From IMG/VR virus record IMGVR_UViG_3300042453_001086, positions 1-64,000 of that record: a stretch of DNA of 64,000 nt; one strand, 5' to 3'. Every line of letters starts with the position of its first letter. Position 1 is the stretch's first letter. Positions 9,284 to 14,720 of this stretch are shown piece after piece. The translations under genes and the position numbers were made by a program. A model generated the notes under the pieces. That model was not told the origin of the DNA, did not search any database, and saw nothing but the letters and a program-made list of their open reading frames with translations. Origin of the DNA: a virus.

Positions 9284-9329
9284 GTCATAAATCTTTACAT
9301 AGTATATAGCATCCCAGTCCCCCTGTCAA
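9284..9329 (-). promoter_or_regulatory. sigma70 promoter for the hli-petF operon, with an HLR1-like repeat over the start site
   Basis: TTGACA-N17-TATACT (9329-9301); GTCATAAA-TC-TTTACATA at 9284-9301. Confidence 0.7.
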
Positions 9330-9398
9330 GCCCCCTTTGTCAGGGAATCTTAATAAGTATATTCACCCATCTAAATAGTCCGAAGGTAATCTAAAGAA

Positions 9399-9530
9399 AT
9401 GCGGCGTATACAGATTTGTCTGCTAAAATGGGATGGCACTACTGAGTGGCGTGTTATTCCTTGGGGTAAACGTCACTTAGATTATCATCGTAAAGATGGA
9501 GATGTCATCATGTACTTTGAGATAAACTAA
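9399..9530 (+). CDS. Micro-ORF, 43 aa
   Basis: MRRIQICLLKWDGTTEWRVIPWGKRH...; CTAAATA upstream; TAATG overlap with the next ORF. Confidence 0.6.
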   Translation: MRRIQICLLKWDGTTEWRVIPWGKRHLDYHRKDGDVIMYFEIN

Positions 9531-9742
9531 TGTATAACCTATCAAGTAGAGACGTTAATAGAATCATCACAGCATGTAAGCATTATGCCTACCACGAAAC
9601 TGGTAGTGACTGGATGCACGATGAGTATATGAAAATCATCAATAAACTTTGCGTCTACCTAGACCAAAACTTTGATTCAGAAACTCAAAAGCCACTTGAA
9701 TGTTACATCAATGTAAAGAAAGATGACTCATCTAGTAGTTGA
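9530..9742 (+). CDS. Hypothetical protein, 70 aa
   Basis: ORF track; coupled start. Confidence 0.65.
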   Translation: MYNLSSRDVNRIITACKHYAYHETGSDWMHDEYMKIINKLCVYLDQNFDSETQKPLECYINVKKDDSSSS

Positions 9743-9863
9743 AATATTAAATAATCCCATCAGTTTGGGCATCCTTTGCTTTGCCCTTGTAATGTTTCCC
9801 ATTATCGGAATCGCTAAAATCCATGACACAAGTAACGAAAGAAGAAGTGAAGGAGATGATTGA
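9723..9863 (+). CDS. Micro-ORF, 46 aa, single TM
   Basis: MTHLVVEILNNPISLGILCFALVMFPIIGIAKIHD... Confidence 0.6.
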   Translation: MTHLVVEILNNPISLGILCFALVMFPIIGIAKIHDTSNERRSEGDD

Positions 9864-10011
9864 TGATGCAATACGAAGACACAATCGTAATGCTGCGATT
9901 ACTTCAATGTGTATTGGCTGGGTTGTTCTTGCACTTTTTGCTGAGGGTCTTCTTAGACTCATTGGAGTAATACCACCTCTGCTACCATGGCTCAGCATTA
10001 CCCTGAAATAA
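9823..10011 (+). CDS. Small membrane protein, 62 aa
   Basis: IDDAIRRHNRNAAITSMCIGWVVLALFAEGLLRLIG. Confidence 0.75.
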   Translation: MTQVTKEEVKEMIDDAIRRHNRNAAITSMCIGWVVLALFAEGLLRLIGVIPPLLPWLSITLK

Positions 10012-10166
10012 TAGGAATAGTTTTCCTGCTAGTGTTTGCTGCCACCATGTTCTATCAAGGAACATGTATCATCAAAGGGCAGCGTGGTTATTCATGTAGA
10101 GATTACATGAAGCAAGATAGCACAAACATGCGTAAAAGAATAGAAGAAATACTTAAGGACAAATGA
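9987..10166 (+). CDS. Micro-ORF, 59 aa, N-terminal TM
   Basis: MAQHYPEIIGIVFLLVFAATMFYQG...MRKRIEEILKDK. Confidence 0.65.
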   Translation: MAQHYPEIIGIVFLLVFAATMFYQGTCIIKGQRGYSCRDYMKQDSTNMRKRIEEILKDK

Positions 10167-10276
10167 TAACTCTTACCGAAGAAGACTTACAAGAACTACA
10201 AGAAATAGTTTTCCAACAAAAGATGGACGAGTTATTTGAAGAACCATCTACCTACGAGGATGATGACCACTACTGA
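10163..10276 (+). CDS. Micro-ORF, 37 aa, acidic
   Basis: MITLTEEDLQELQEIVFQQKMDELFEEPSTYEDDDHY; ATGA overlap. Confidence 0.65.
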   Translation: MITLTEEDLQELQEIVFQQKMDELFEEPSTYEDDDHY

Positions 10277-10385
10277 ATGGTTACAGTTTATTAGTTTTGT
10301 ATCCGATATGCTCTACATGCTCGTTGCATTTATGTGCGGGCTCATCATCGGATACATAATAGGATTTAGAAACGGAGGAATGTAA
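10260..10385 (+). CDS. Micro-ORF, 41 aa, single TM
   Basis: MMTTTEWLQFISFVSDMLYMLVAFMCGLIIGYIIGFRNGGM. Confidence 0.65.
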   Translation: MMTTTEWLQFISFVSDMLYMLVAFMCGLIIGYIIGFRNGGM

Positions 10386-10510
10386 TGGACCAACTTCCAT
10401 GGGGAGTAATCATATTACTATCATCTGGCTTATTGTTTACACTATATTGTATCTACTACATACTACGCTTAGCATACGAGGAAATGAAAGATGAACCACC
10501 TCATCATTAA
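10385..10510 (+). CDS. Micro-ORF, 41 aa, single TM
   Basis: MDQLPWGVIILLSSGLLFTLYCIYYILRLAYEEMKDEPPHH; TAATG overlap; GGAGG SD. Confidence 0.65.
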   Translation: MDQLPWGVIILLSSGLLFTLYCIYYILRLAYEEMKDEPPHH

Positions 10511-10592
10511 GTCTTTACTGTTGTTCACTTCCATAGGTCTATTCATCTATTGGGGATTGAACAATGCTTATCCTACTGACTTGACAAGTTGA
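10491..10592 (+). CDS. Micro-ORF, 33 aa, single TM
   Basis: MNHLIIKSLLLFTSIGLFIYWGLNNAYPTDLTS. Confidence 0.55.
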   Translation: MNHLIIKSLLLFTSIGLFIYWGLNNAYPTDLTS

Positions 10593-10609
10593 CATATATA
10601 TCTTATAAT
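10581..10609 (+). promoter_or_regulatory. Consensus sigma70 early promoter
   Basis: TTGACA-N17-TATAAT. Confidence 0.85.
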
Positions 10610-10632
10610 CAGCCACATATATCTGTTTTGTT

Positions 10633-10833
10633 ATGACGCACTACAAACCATACTCAGCTGAGTGGCATCGCAAACGCTATCTAAAGGAAGCGTTGGACAA
10701 GTATTTGGATGAATACATCGACAACGAAGTAATCGTTGAAGATATTTTAGACATTCTATCTGAACGCTCCGAGAAAGCATACCAAGAGTTCAGTAGAATC
10801 AACGATTTGGAATCAATGCTAAATGCTAAATAA
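10633..10833 (+). CDS. Hypothetical protein, 66 aa
   Basis: Directly downstream of a consensus promoter. Confidence 0.75.
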   Translation: MTHYKPYSAEWHRKRYLKEALDKYLDEYIDNEVIVEDILDILSERSEKAYQEFSRINDLESMLNAK

Positions 10834-10852
10834 CCCTATATGGAGATTGCAC

Positions 10853-11179
10853 ATGCTCTCTACACAATATCGCCTACGCTTGGAAGGTATCTGCAGCAAG
10901 ATTGCCAAGCATGAATCAGTAGGTTTAGAAGATATGATTTGGGCAGAGAAACTGGCCAAAGCAAATCGTTCTGCTGCAACAATACTACGTCAAGCAAGAC
11001 GTAAAGCAGAGAACCCAGACATGCAAGAAGGAGATATGGATGATTTTTTAAATCAACTTGACATCGGTGGTCTTGGACACGAACGTTTCGGCAAGCGTGG
11101 TTTTGATAGTGTAGATGATATGGTTGATTGGTTTACTGAAGGTAGAGACAAACCCGAAGACTGGAGGCAACGTGACTGA
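10853..11179 (+). CDS. Conserved cyanophage hypothetical protein
   Basis: MLSTQYRLRLEGIC...DMIWAEKLAKAN...PEDWRQRD; GGAG SD. Confidence 0.8.
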   Translation: MLSTQYRLRLEGICSKIAKHESVGLEDMIWAEKLAKANRSAATILRQARRKAENPDMQEGDMDDFLNQLDIGGLGHERFGKRGFDSVDDMVDWFTEGRDKPEDWRQRD

Positions 11180-11339
11180 AGACAACGACAAATGGAATAG
11201 AGGTTTAGATCTATTCATAGAGAGCGTACACAAACCAGACAACGAACTGAGACAGTGTGCTCACAATCAGAAATGCTACCACGAGCTAATGTATATCAGG
11301 GAAGCGATGATTCAATACTTACATACACTAAGGAAATAA
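11172..11339 (+). CDS. Hypothetical protein, 55 aa (GTG start)
   Basis: DKWNRGLDLFIESVHKPDNELRQCAHNQKCYHELM; overlaps the previous stop. Confidence 0.65.
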   Translation: MTEDNDKWNRGLDLFIESVHKPDNELRQCAHNQKCYHELMYIREAMIQYLHTLRK

Positions 11340-11362
11340 AAAAGGGGGCATACGCCCCCTTC
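11338..11362. terminator. Terminator between convergent units
   Basis: A-run, AAGGGGGC-ATAC-GCCCCCTT. Confidence 0.75.
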
Positions 11363-11368
11363 GTTGTA

Positions 11369-11452
11369 TCATAGAGTTGCCATATGATATTGGGCAATCT
11401 CCAATCTCTTTTGTTTTTCAATCTGTCTACGGATTAGATTCAACCAGTTCAT
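11369..11452 (-). CDS. 27-aa peptide coupled to the DUF4278-like gene (ATGA overlap)
   Basis: MNWLNLIRRQIEKQKRLEIAQYHMATL; GGAGG SD upstream. Confidence 0.65.
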   Translation of the reverse strand: MNWLNLIRRQIEKQKRLEIAQYHMATL

Positions 11453-11607
11453 TTTGCTACCTCCTGATTGTTACAGGGACGATAGGCAACACCACGATAT
11501 GTATTCTGTGGATGTGCTGGTGCATGAGTTTGTGAATACCAACGCTGATATTCTTGCTTAGGTACGTCAGTGTTGTACTGACAACCTCTGTAGGTTGCTT
11601 GTGACAT
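11449..11607 (-). CDS. DUF4278-like small protein, 52 aa (absent from ORF track)
   Basis: MSQATYRGCQY...NTYRGVAY, a duplicated YRG motif; AAGGAG SD; lies under a glutamine riboswitch. Confidence 0.8.
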   Translation of the reverse strand: MSQATYRGCQYNTDVPKQEYQRWYSQTHAPAHPQNTYRGVAYRPCNNQEVAK

Positions 11608-11635
11608 TAGGTTTCTCCTTAGTTTTTTAGGTTAA

Positions 11636-11729
11636 AGAGCGTTCCTTCAGTCGGCTTTTGCGTTCGCTATATAGCGAATGAACGATCCGTTCCGAGTCGG
11701 CTTACTTCCGTCCCATAGGGATGAACGTA
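11636..11729 (-). ncRNA. Tandem glutamine-I (glnA motif) riboswitch
   Basis: Two aptamers: CGUUCAUCCCUAUGGGACGGAAGUAAGCCGACUCGGAACG and CGUUCAUUCGCUAUAUAGCGAACGCAAAAGCCGACUGAAGGAACG; CGUU..AACG P1, GGAAGUA E-loop and CUGAAG elements. Confidence 0.85.
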
Positions 11730-11737
11730 TTTTATAT

Positions 11738-11765
11738 ATGGTATCCTTTTTGTAACTTTAGATAC
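11738..11765 (-). promoter_or_regulatory. NtcA box 8 nt upstream of a TAN3T -10 element
   Basis: GTATCTAAAGTTAC (GTA-N8-TAC) at 11765-11752; -10 TACCAT at 11743-11738. Confidence 0.7.
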
Positions 11766-11769
11766 CAAA

Positions 11770-11843
11770 CACTCTCTGTAGGATTCGAACCTACGACACC
11801 CTGATCCGTAGTCAAGTGCTCTAATCCACTGAGCTAAGAGAGT
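11770..11843 (-). tRNA. tRNA-Arg(ACG)
   Basis: Cloverleaf; loop CT-ACG-GA. Confidence 0.95.
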
Positions 11844-11846
11844 AAG

Positions 11847-11920
11847 GTTCTGAGGGTAGGATTCGAACCCACGAATGGCGGGACCAAAACCCGCTGCCTT
11901 ACCGCTTGGCGACCTCAGAA
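11847..11920 (-). tRNA. tRNA-Gln(TTG)
   Basis: Cloverleaf; loop TT-TTG-GT. Confidence 0.95.
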
Positions 11921-11991
11921 GCCCTCAACTAGATTCGAACTAGCGACCTACTCATTACTAGTGAGTTGCTCTACCACTGAGCTATAAGGGC
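11920..11991 (-). tRNA. tRNA-Thr(AGT)
   Basis: Cloverleaf; stem ACTCA/TGAGT, loop CT-AGT-AA. Confidence 0.93.
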
Positions 11992-11993
11992 GG

Positions 11994-12064
11994 GGTGACG
12001 TATGAGAATCGAACCCATCTAGGTGGTTCCACAAACCACTGCCTTACCTCTAGGCTAACGTCAC
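11994..12064 (-). tRNA. tRNA-His(GTG), no encoded G-1
   Basis: Cloverleaf; loop TT-GTG-GA; C73; the base at -1 is T. Confidence 0.92.
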
Positions 12065-12065
12065 A

Positions 12066-12137
12066 AGGCAGTGGGTAGAATCAAACTACCGACATGGAGG
12101 GTATGAATCTCCTGTTCTATCACTGAACTACACTGCC
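12066..12137 (-). tRNA. tRNA with CAT anticodon (probably elongator Met), somewhat degenerate
   Basis: Loop TT-CAT-AC; D-loop lacks GG; T-loop TTTGATT. Confidence 0.75.
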
Positions 12138-12141
12138 AAAG

Positions 12142-12213
12142 TGGAACCGACAAGATTTGAACTTGTGACCGCTCGGTTATCAGCCGAGTGCTCTACCGCT
12201 GAGCTACGATTCC
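12142..12213 (-). tRNA. tRNA-Ile(GAT)
   Basis: Cloverleaf; loop CT-GAT-AA. Confidence 0.95.
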
Positions 12214-12217
12214 ATAG

Positions 12218-12289
12218 TATTCCTAACGGGATTCGAACCCGTGCTGCCACCTTGAAAGGGTGGTGACCTAACCGCTAGTCGATAGGAAC
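12218..12289 (-). tRNA. tRNA-Glu(TTC)
   Basis: Cloverleaf; loop CT-TTC-AA. Confidence 0.95.
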
Positions 12290-12337
12290 TTGATGCTACA
12301 ACCGCCAAGGAGGGACACTCCACAGGCAGCGTAGCAA

Positions 12338-12409
12338 CGACTCTAACGGGATTTGAACCCGTGATACTACCGTGACAGGGTAGCGTGATAACCGCTTCAC
12401 TATAGAGTC
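12338..12409 (-). tRNA. tRNA-Asp(GTC)
   Basis: Cloverleaf; loop CT-GTC-AC. Confidence 0.95.
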
Positions 12410-12412
12410 AAA

Positions 12413-12485
12413 TGGGTCTGGTCGGGCTCGAACCGACGACTTACAGGTTAAAAGCCCGCTACTCTACCAACTGAGTTACAGACCC
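12413..12485 (-). tRNA. tRNA-Lys(TTT)
   Basis: Cloverleaf; loop CT-TTT-AA. Confidence 0.95.
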
Positions 12486-12496
12486 AAGAGATTAGA

Positions 12497-12571
12497 TTGT
12501 CAAGGTGCTGGTCGGGGTGGTTCCCCTTCCGTCGATGGATGTATCATAGCAAAAGGGGGGTGGTTTTGCAA
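12497..12571 (-). promoter_or_regulatory. Promoter and leader of the 9-tRNA operon, with a boxB-like hairpin and boxA-like element
   Basis: TTGCAA-N17-TATGAT; GGGG-AACCA-CCCC; GCACCTTGACAA. Confidence 0.6.
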
Positions 12572-12722
12572 CCGCCCCCCTGATAAATCTTGCTTATGTA
12601 TCGATGGTTACATATTAGCAAGCAGGAGGGATTTGGCGATATGCTGGCGGCAATCGCTAATCTTAATCTCCATTTGCTTGTTGAAGTTAACCATGATGTT
12701 TACCAATGTGTGTTTATTTATA

Positions 12723-12804
12723 TGGGCAGGGAGGGATTTGAACCCCCGAAAGCATAGCTGTCTGATTTACAGTCAGATTCCTTTAACCACTCGGAAACCT
12801 ACCC
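12723..12804 (-). tRNA. tRNA-Tyr(GTA)
   Basis: Class II cloverleaf; loop CT-GTA-AA. Confidence 0.95.
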
Positions 12805-12807
12805 GAA

Positions 12808-12880
12808 CTCCCCCACCTGGACTCGAACCAGGAACATCAAAGTTAACAGCTTTGCGCTCTGCCAATTGAGCTATAGGGGA
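12808..12880 (-). tRNA. tRNA-Asn(GTT)
   Basis: Cloverleaf; loop CT-GTT-AA. Confidence 0.95.
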
Positions 12881-12886
12881 ATGAAA

Positions 12887-13057
12887 TCAGGATTGTTTAC
12901 AATCCATCATATATTCTACTGTGTTTGCAATGTCATTCATGGCATCACGCAGATGTGGTCGTTGACCACTCTCTTGTCTAACGATTGGTCTGTGGTCGTC
13001 AGTCAGAGACCAACGCCATTGATTCATATTAGCGCAATACCACAGATTAATTTTCAT
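12887..13057 (-). CDS. Conserved small cyanophage protein, 56 aa
   Basis: MKINLWYCANMNQWRWSL...QESGQRPHLRDAMNDIANTVEY; start trimmed. Confidence 0.75.
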   Translation of the reverse strand: MKINLWYCANMNQWRWSLTDDHRPIVRQESGQRPHLRDAMNDIANTVEYMMDCKQS

Positions 13058-13217
13058 GTTTGAAATGTTCCAATCGTATCCAGTTGAGAAGCGCATGTAT
13101 TTCAGATGATGAATGATGTGGGGTGCCGAGATAATACTCGGTTGTTTCTGCTTCGGAAGCATACATTTCAAGTGCTCTAATAGCAACTTCTCTGTCTCTC
13201 TGTGAAATAAGTGACAT
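13047..13217 (-). CDS. Small hypothetical protein, 56 aa (absent from ORF track)
   Basis: MSLISQRDREVAIRALE...EIHALLNWIRLEHFKHEN; GAGG and ATAAATA upstream. Confidence 0.7.
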   Translation of the reverse strand: MSLISQRDREVAIRALEMYASEAETTEYYLGTPHHSSSEIHALLNWIRLEHFKHEN

Positions 13218-13241
13218 GTTATTTATCCTCTAGTTGGAGGA

Positions 13242-13313
13242 AGCGGATTAGGGGATTCGAACCCCTGACGAACTGCTTGGAAGGCAGCCATTCTACCACT
13301 GAATTAAATCCGC
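13242..13313 (-). tRNA. tRNA-Gly(TCC)
   Basis: Cloverleaf; loop CT-TCC-AA. Confidence 0.95.
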
Positions 13314-13615
13314 AGGTGCTCTCCACTACACTATATATCTGCTACGATAGCGTGTAGTTTTGAGCGAAACCCAACATATTGGGCTGCAATCTCCAGTTTT
13401 TCATGCTTTTGATTGCCTTTGCGTGTCGGACTTGAACCAACAACCTCCCCACCATCGGGGGCGCTCTACCGATTGAGCTAACGCTGATAGAGGCTTGACC
13501 GCGTAAGCAGTCTGTTTGAGCATATCATGCCCGTGCCAATCTCGGACTAGGCTAACTTTGTACTACCTGGCCAGATAGTTGGCGTCTTTCTAGGCTATCT
13601 GCCTAACGACTACCA
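13314..13615 (-). ncRNA. Unassigned ~300-nt structured RNA (paralog 1) containing a tRNA-like domain at 13415-13494
   Basis: Fills the Leu-Gly spacer; 5' hairpin shared with 16169..16298; D-arm and T-arm present with a non-canonical anticodon arm. Confidence 0.6.
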
Positions 13616-13616
13616 A

Positions 13617-13698
13617 TGTCGCTGAGAGGACTTGAACCTCCACGAGTTACCTCACTGGAACCTAAACCCAGCGCGTCTACCAATTCCGCCACAGCGAC
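13617..13698 (-). tRNA. tRNA-Leu(TAG)
   Basis: Class II cloverleaf; loop TT-TAG-GT. Confidence 0.95.
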
Positions 13699-13699
13699 G

Positions 13700-13776
13700 T
13701 GGGGGCGGGAGTGGGATTTGAACCCACGACCTGCGGCTTATGAGACCGCTGAACTACCAGACTGTTCCATCCCGCG
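13700..13776 (-). tRNA. tRNA-Met(CAT), initiator type, CCA encoded
   Basis: CGCGGGA start with a C1 mismatch; loop CT-CAT-AA. Confidence 0.9.
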
Positions 13777-13787
13777 TTAACCATCAT

Positions 13788-13816
13788 ATTATACCCGAGA
13801 GGGTGGGGGATGTCAA
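13788..13816 (-). promoter_or_regulatory. Consensus sigma70 promoter for the fMet-Leu-ncRNA-Gly unit
   Basis: TTGACA-N17-TATAAT; the -35 sits inside GGGGG/CCCCC. Confidence 0.85.
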
Positions 13817-13821
13817 CCCCC

Positions 13822-14015
13822 CGTTGCTCGGCTCGCCACTTGCCCTTTGACTGGAGGCAAGAAACCAGGCGGGAGAGAGTCCCATCCGCACCACTTGTTT
13901 TTTAATGGGAAAACAAGAAACCAGAAGGGGGTTCACCCGACCAGGGCGCTTTTTATGTCATCCCGAGACAAGTAGGGTCATTGACTCCACCAGTGCTGTT
14001 ATAGACCATCCGTGT
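13822..14015 (-). ncRNA. manA-like RNA motif
   Basis: Two repeated modules GGUUUCUUG-loop-CAAGUGG, GUGGUGCGGAUGGG..CCCGCCUGG and a terminal GUGGCGAGCC; the loop UUCCCAU can pair with AUGGGA (pseudoknot); located beside tRNAs. Confidence 0.75.
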
Positions 14016-14016
14016 C

Positions 14017-14325
14017 TTATTTATTTGCAGGTACAAATGAGGTTTTATTGTCCCATTTGAATGGAGTGTTATTCATTTCATATTTTACAGAACCATTTGA
14101 TTGAGATTCCTTGGTGATAGAAATGAGACCTTGTGCTGAAGTATTACCTTCTTTAGCAGCTGCCTCAATACGCTCAGCAAACATAGTGTTATCAAGTTCA
14201 ATCAGTGCTTTAGAAATAGCAGAGATTACATAGACACTTTCTTTTTCAGAGAAAGAAAGTGCTGTGCGTAGAGCACATTCTGCCTTTTCTATATGATACT
14301 TAACTCTATCATTCATCTTCTTCAT
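14017..14325 (-). CDS. Hypothetical protein
   Basis: MKKMNDRVKYHIEKAECALRTAL...; start trimmed to limit overlap. Confidence 0.65.
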   Translation of the reverse strand: MKKMNDRVKYHIEKAECALRTALSFSEKESVYVISAISKALIELDNTMFAERIEAAAKEGNTSAQGLISITKESQSNGSVKYEMNNTPFKWDNKTSFVPANK

Positions 14326-14578
14326 CGTCTCCTCCTTTAATGTAGCATGGAACTGTGTCTGGGTCAAGCCATTTGGTGTATTCAAAATCCTCAATCGCTG
14401 TCATAAACTGCATTTCATTATCACAAAGATACATGTCACGGTAGCGACCAGTATACGAATCTACTTTTTGAATACGGCAATCAGGTTTACCATTGATCTC
14501 AAGTGTACCAACCTGTACATATCTATAAGGAAAACGATCAAGGATTGTCTTCACGCGGCTTTGGTTTGTTACACTCAT
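14309..14578 (-). CDS. Conserved cyanophage hypothetical protein
   Basis: RFPYRYVQVG...YRDMYLCDNEMQF...KWLDPDTVPCY. Confidence 0.8.
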   Translation of the reverse strand: MSVTNQSRVKTILDRFPYRYVQVGTLEINGKPDCRIQKVDSYTGRYRDMYLCDNEMQFMTAIEDFEYTKWLDPDTVPCYIKGGDDEEDE

Positions 14579-14720
14579 TACAGTAGTAGGAGAATCCTGT
14601 GCGAAAGTATTTTACTACTTGGTAGTGGGTGCTGTCAAGGGGTTGCTCGGTGTGGCACTTGGAACAGGTTCTAGTCCCACCACCAGCAGAGGTTTGTGAG
14701 CGTGTTGAGGAACTGCTCAT
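14538..14720 (-). CDS. Small Zn-finger protein (CxxC...CxxC); start uncertain
   Basis: RTCSKCHTEQPL...YYCNECNKP. Confidence 0.55.
   Translation of the reverse strand: MSSSSTRSQTSAGGGTRTCSKCHTEQPLDSTHYQVVKYFRTGFSYYCNECNKPKPREDNP

Noticed and set aside
12633-12869. 78-aa plus-strand ORF, and similar ORF extensions at 15246..15563 and 15628..15837
   Set aside because: They run through the antisense or body of tRNA genes. Starts were trimmed to SD-supported ATGs where a real gene exists.
13346-13404. 24-codon ORF MKNWRLQPKY... inside the 300-nt RNA
   Set aside because: It has no SD and lies over strong hairpins, so it cannot be supported without Ribo-seq.
13314-13615. Possible tmRNA, bacterial Y RNA (YrlA) or group I intron
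   Set aside because: There is no G3:U70 acceptor/CCA end or tag ORF for tmRNA. The arm order is the normal tRNA order, with no clear Ro60-binding helix and no Ro60 gene in the window. No group I P7 core was recognisable and the flanking tRNAs are intact.
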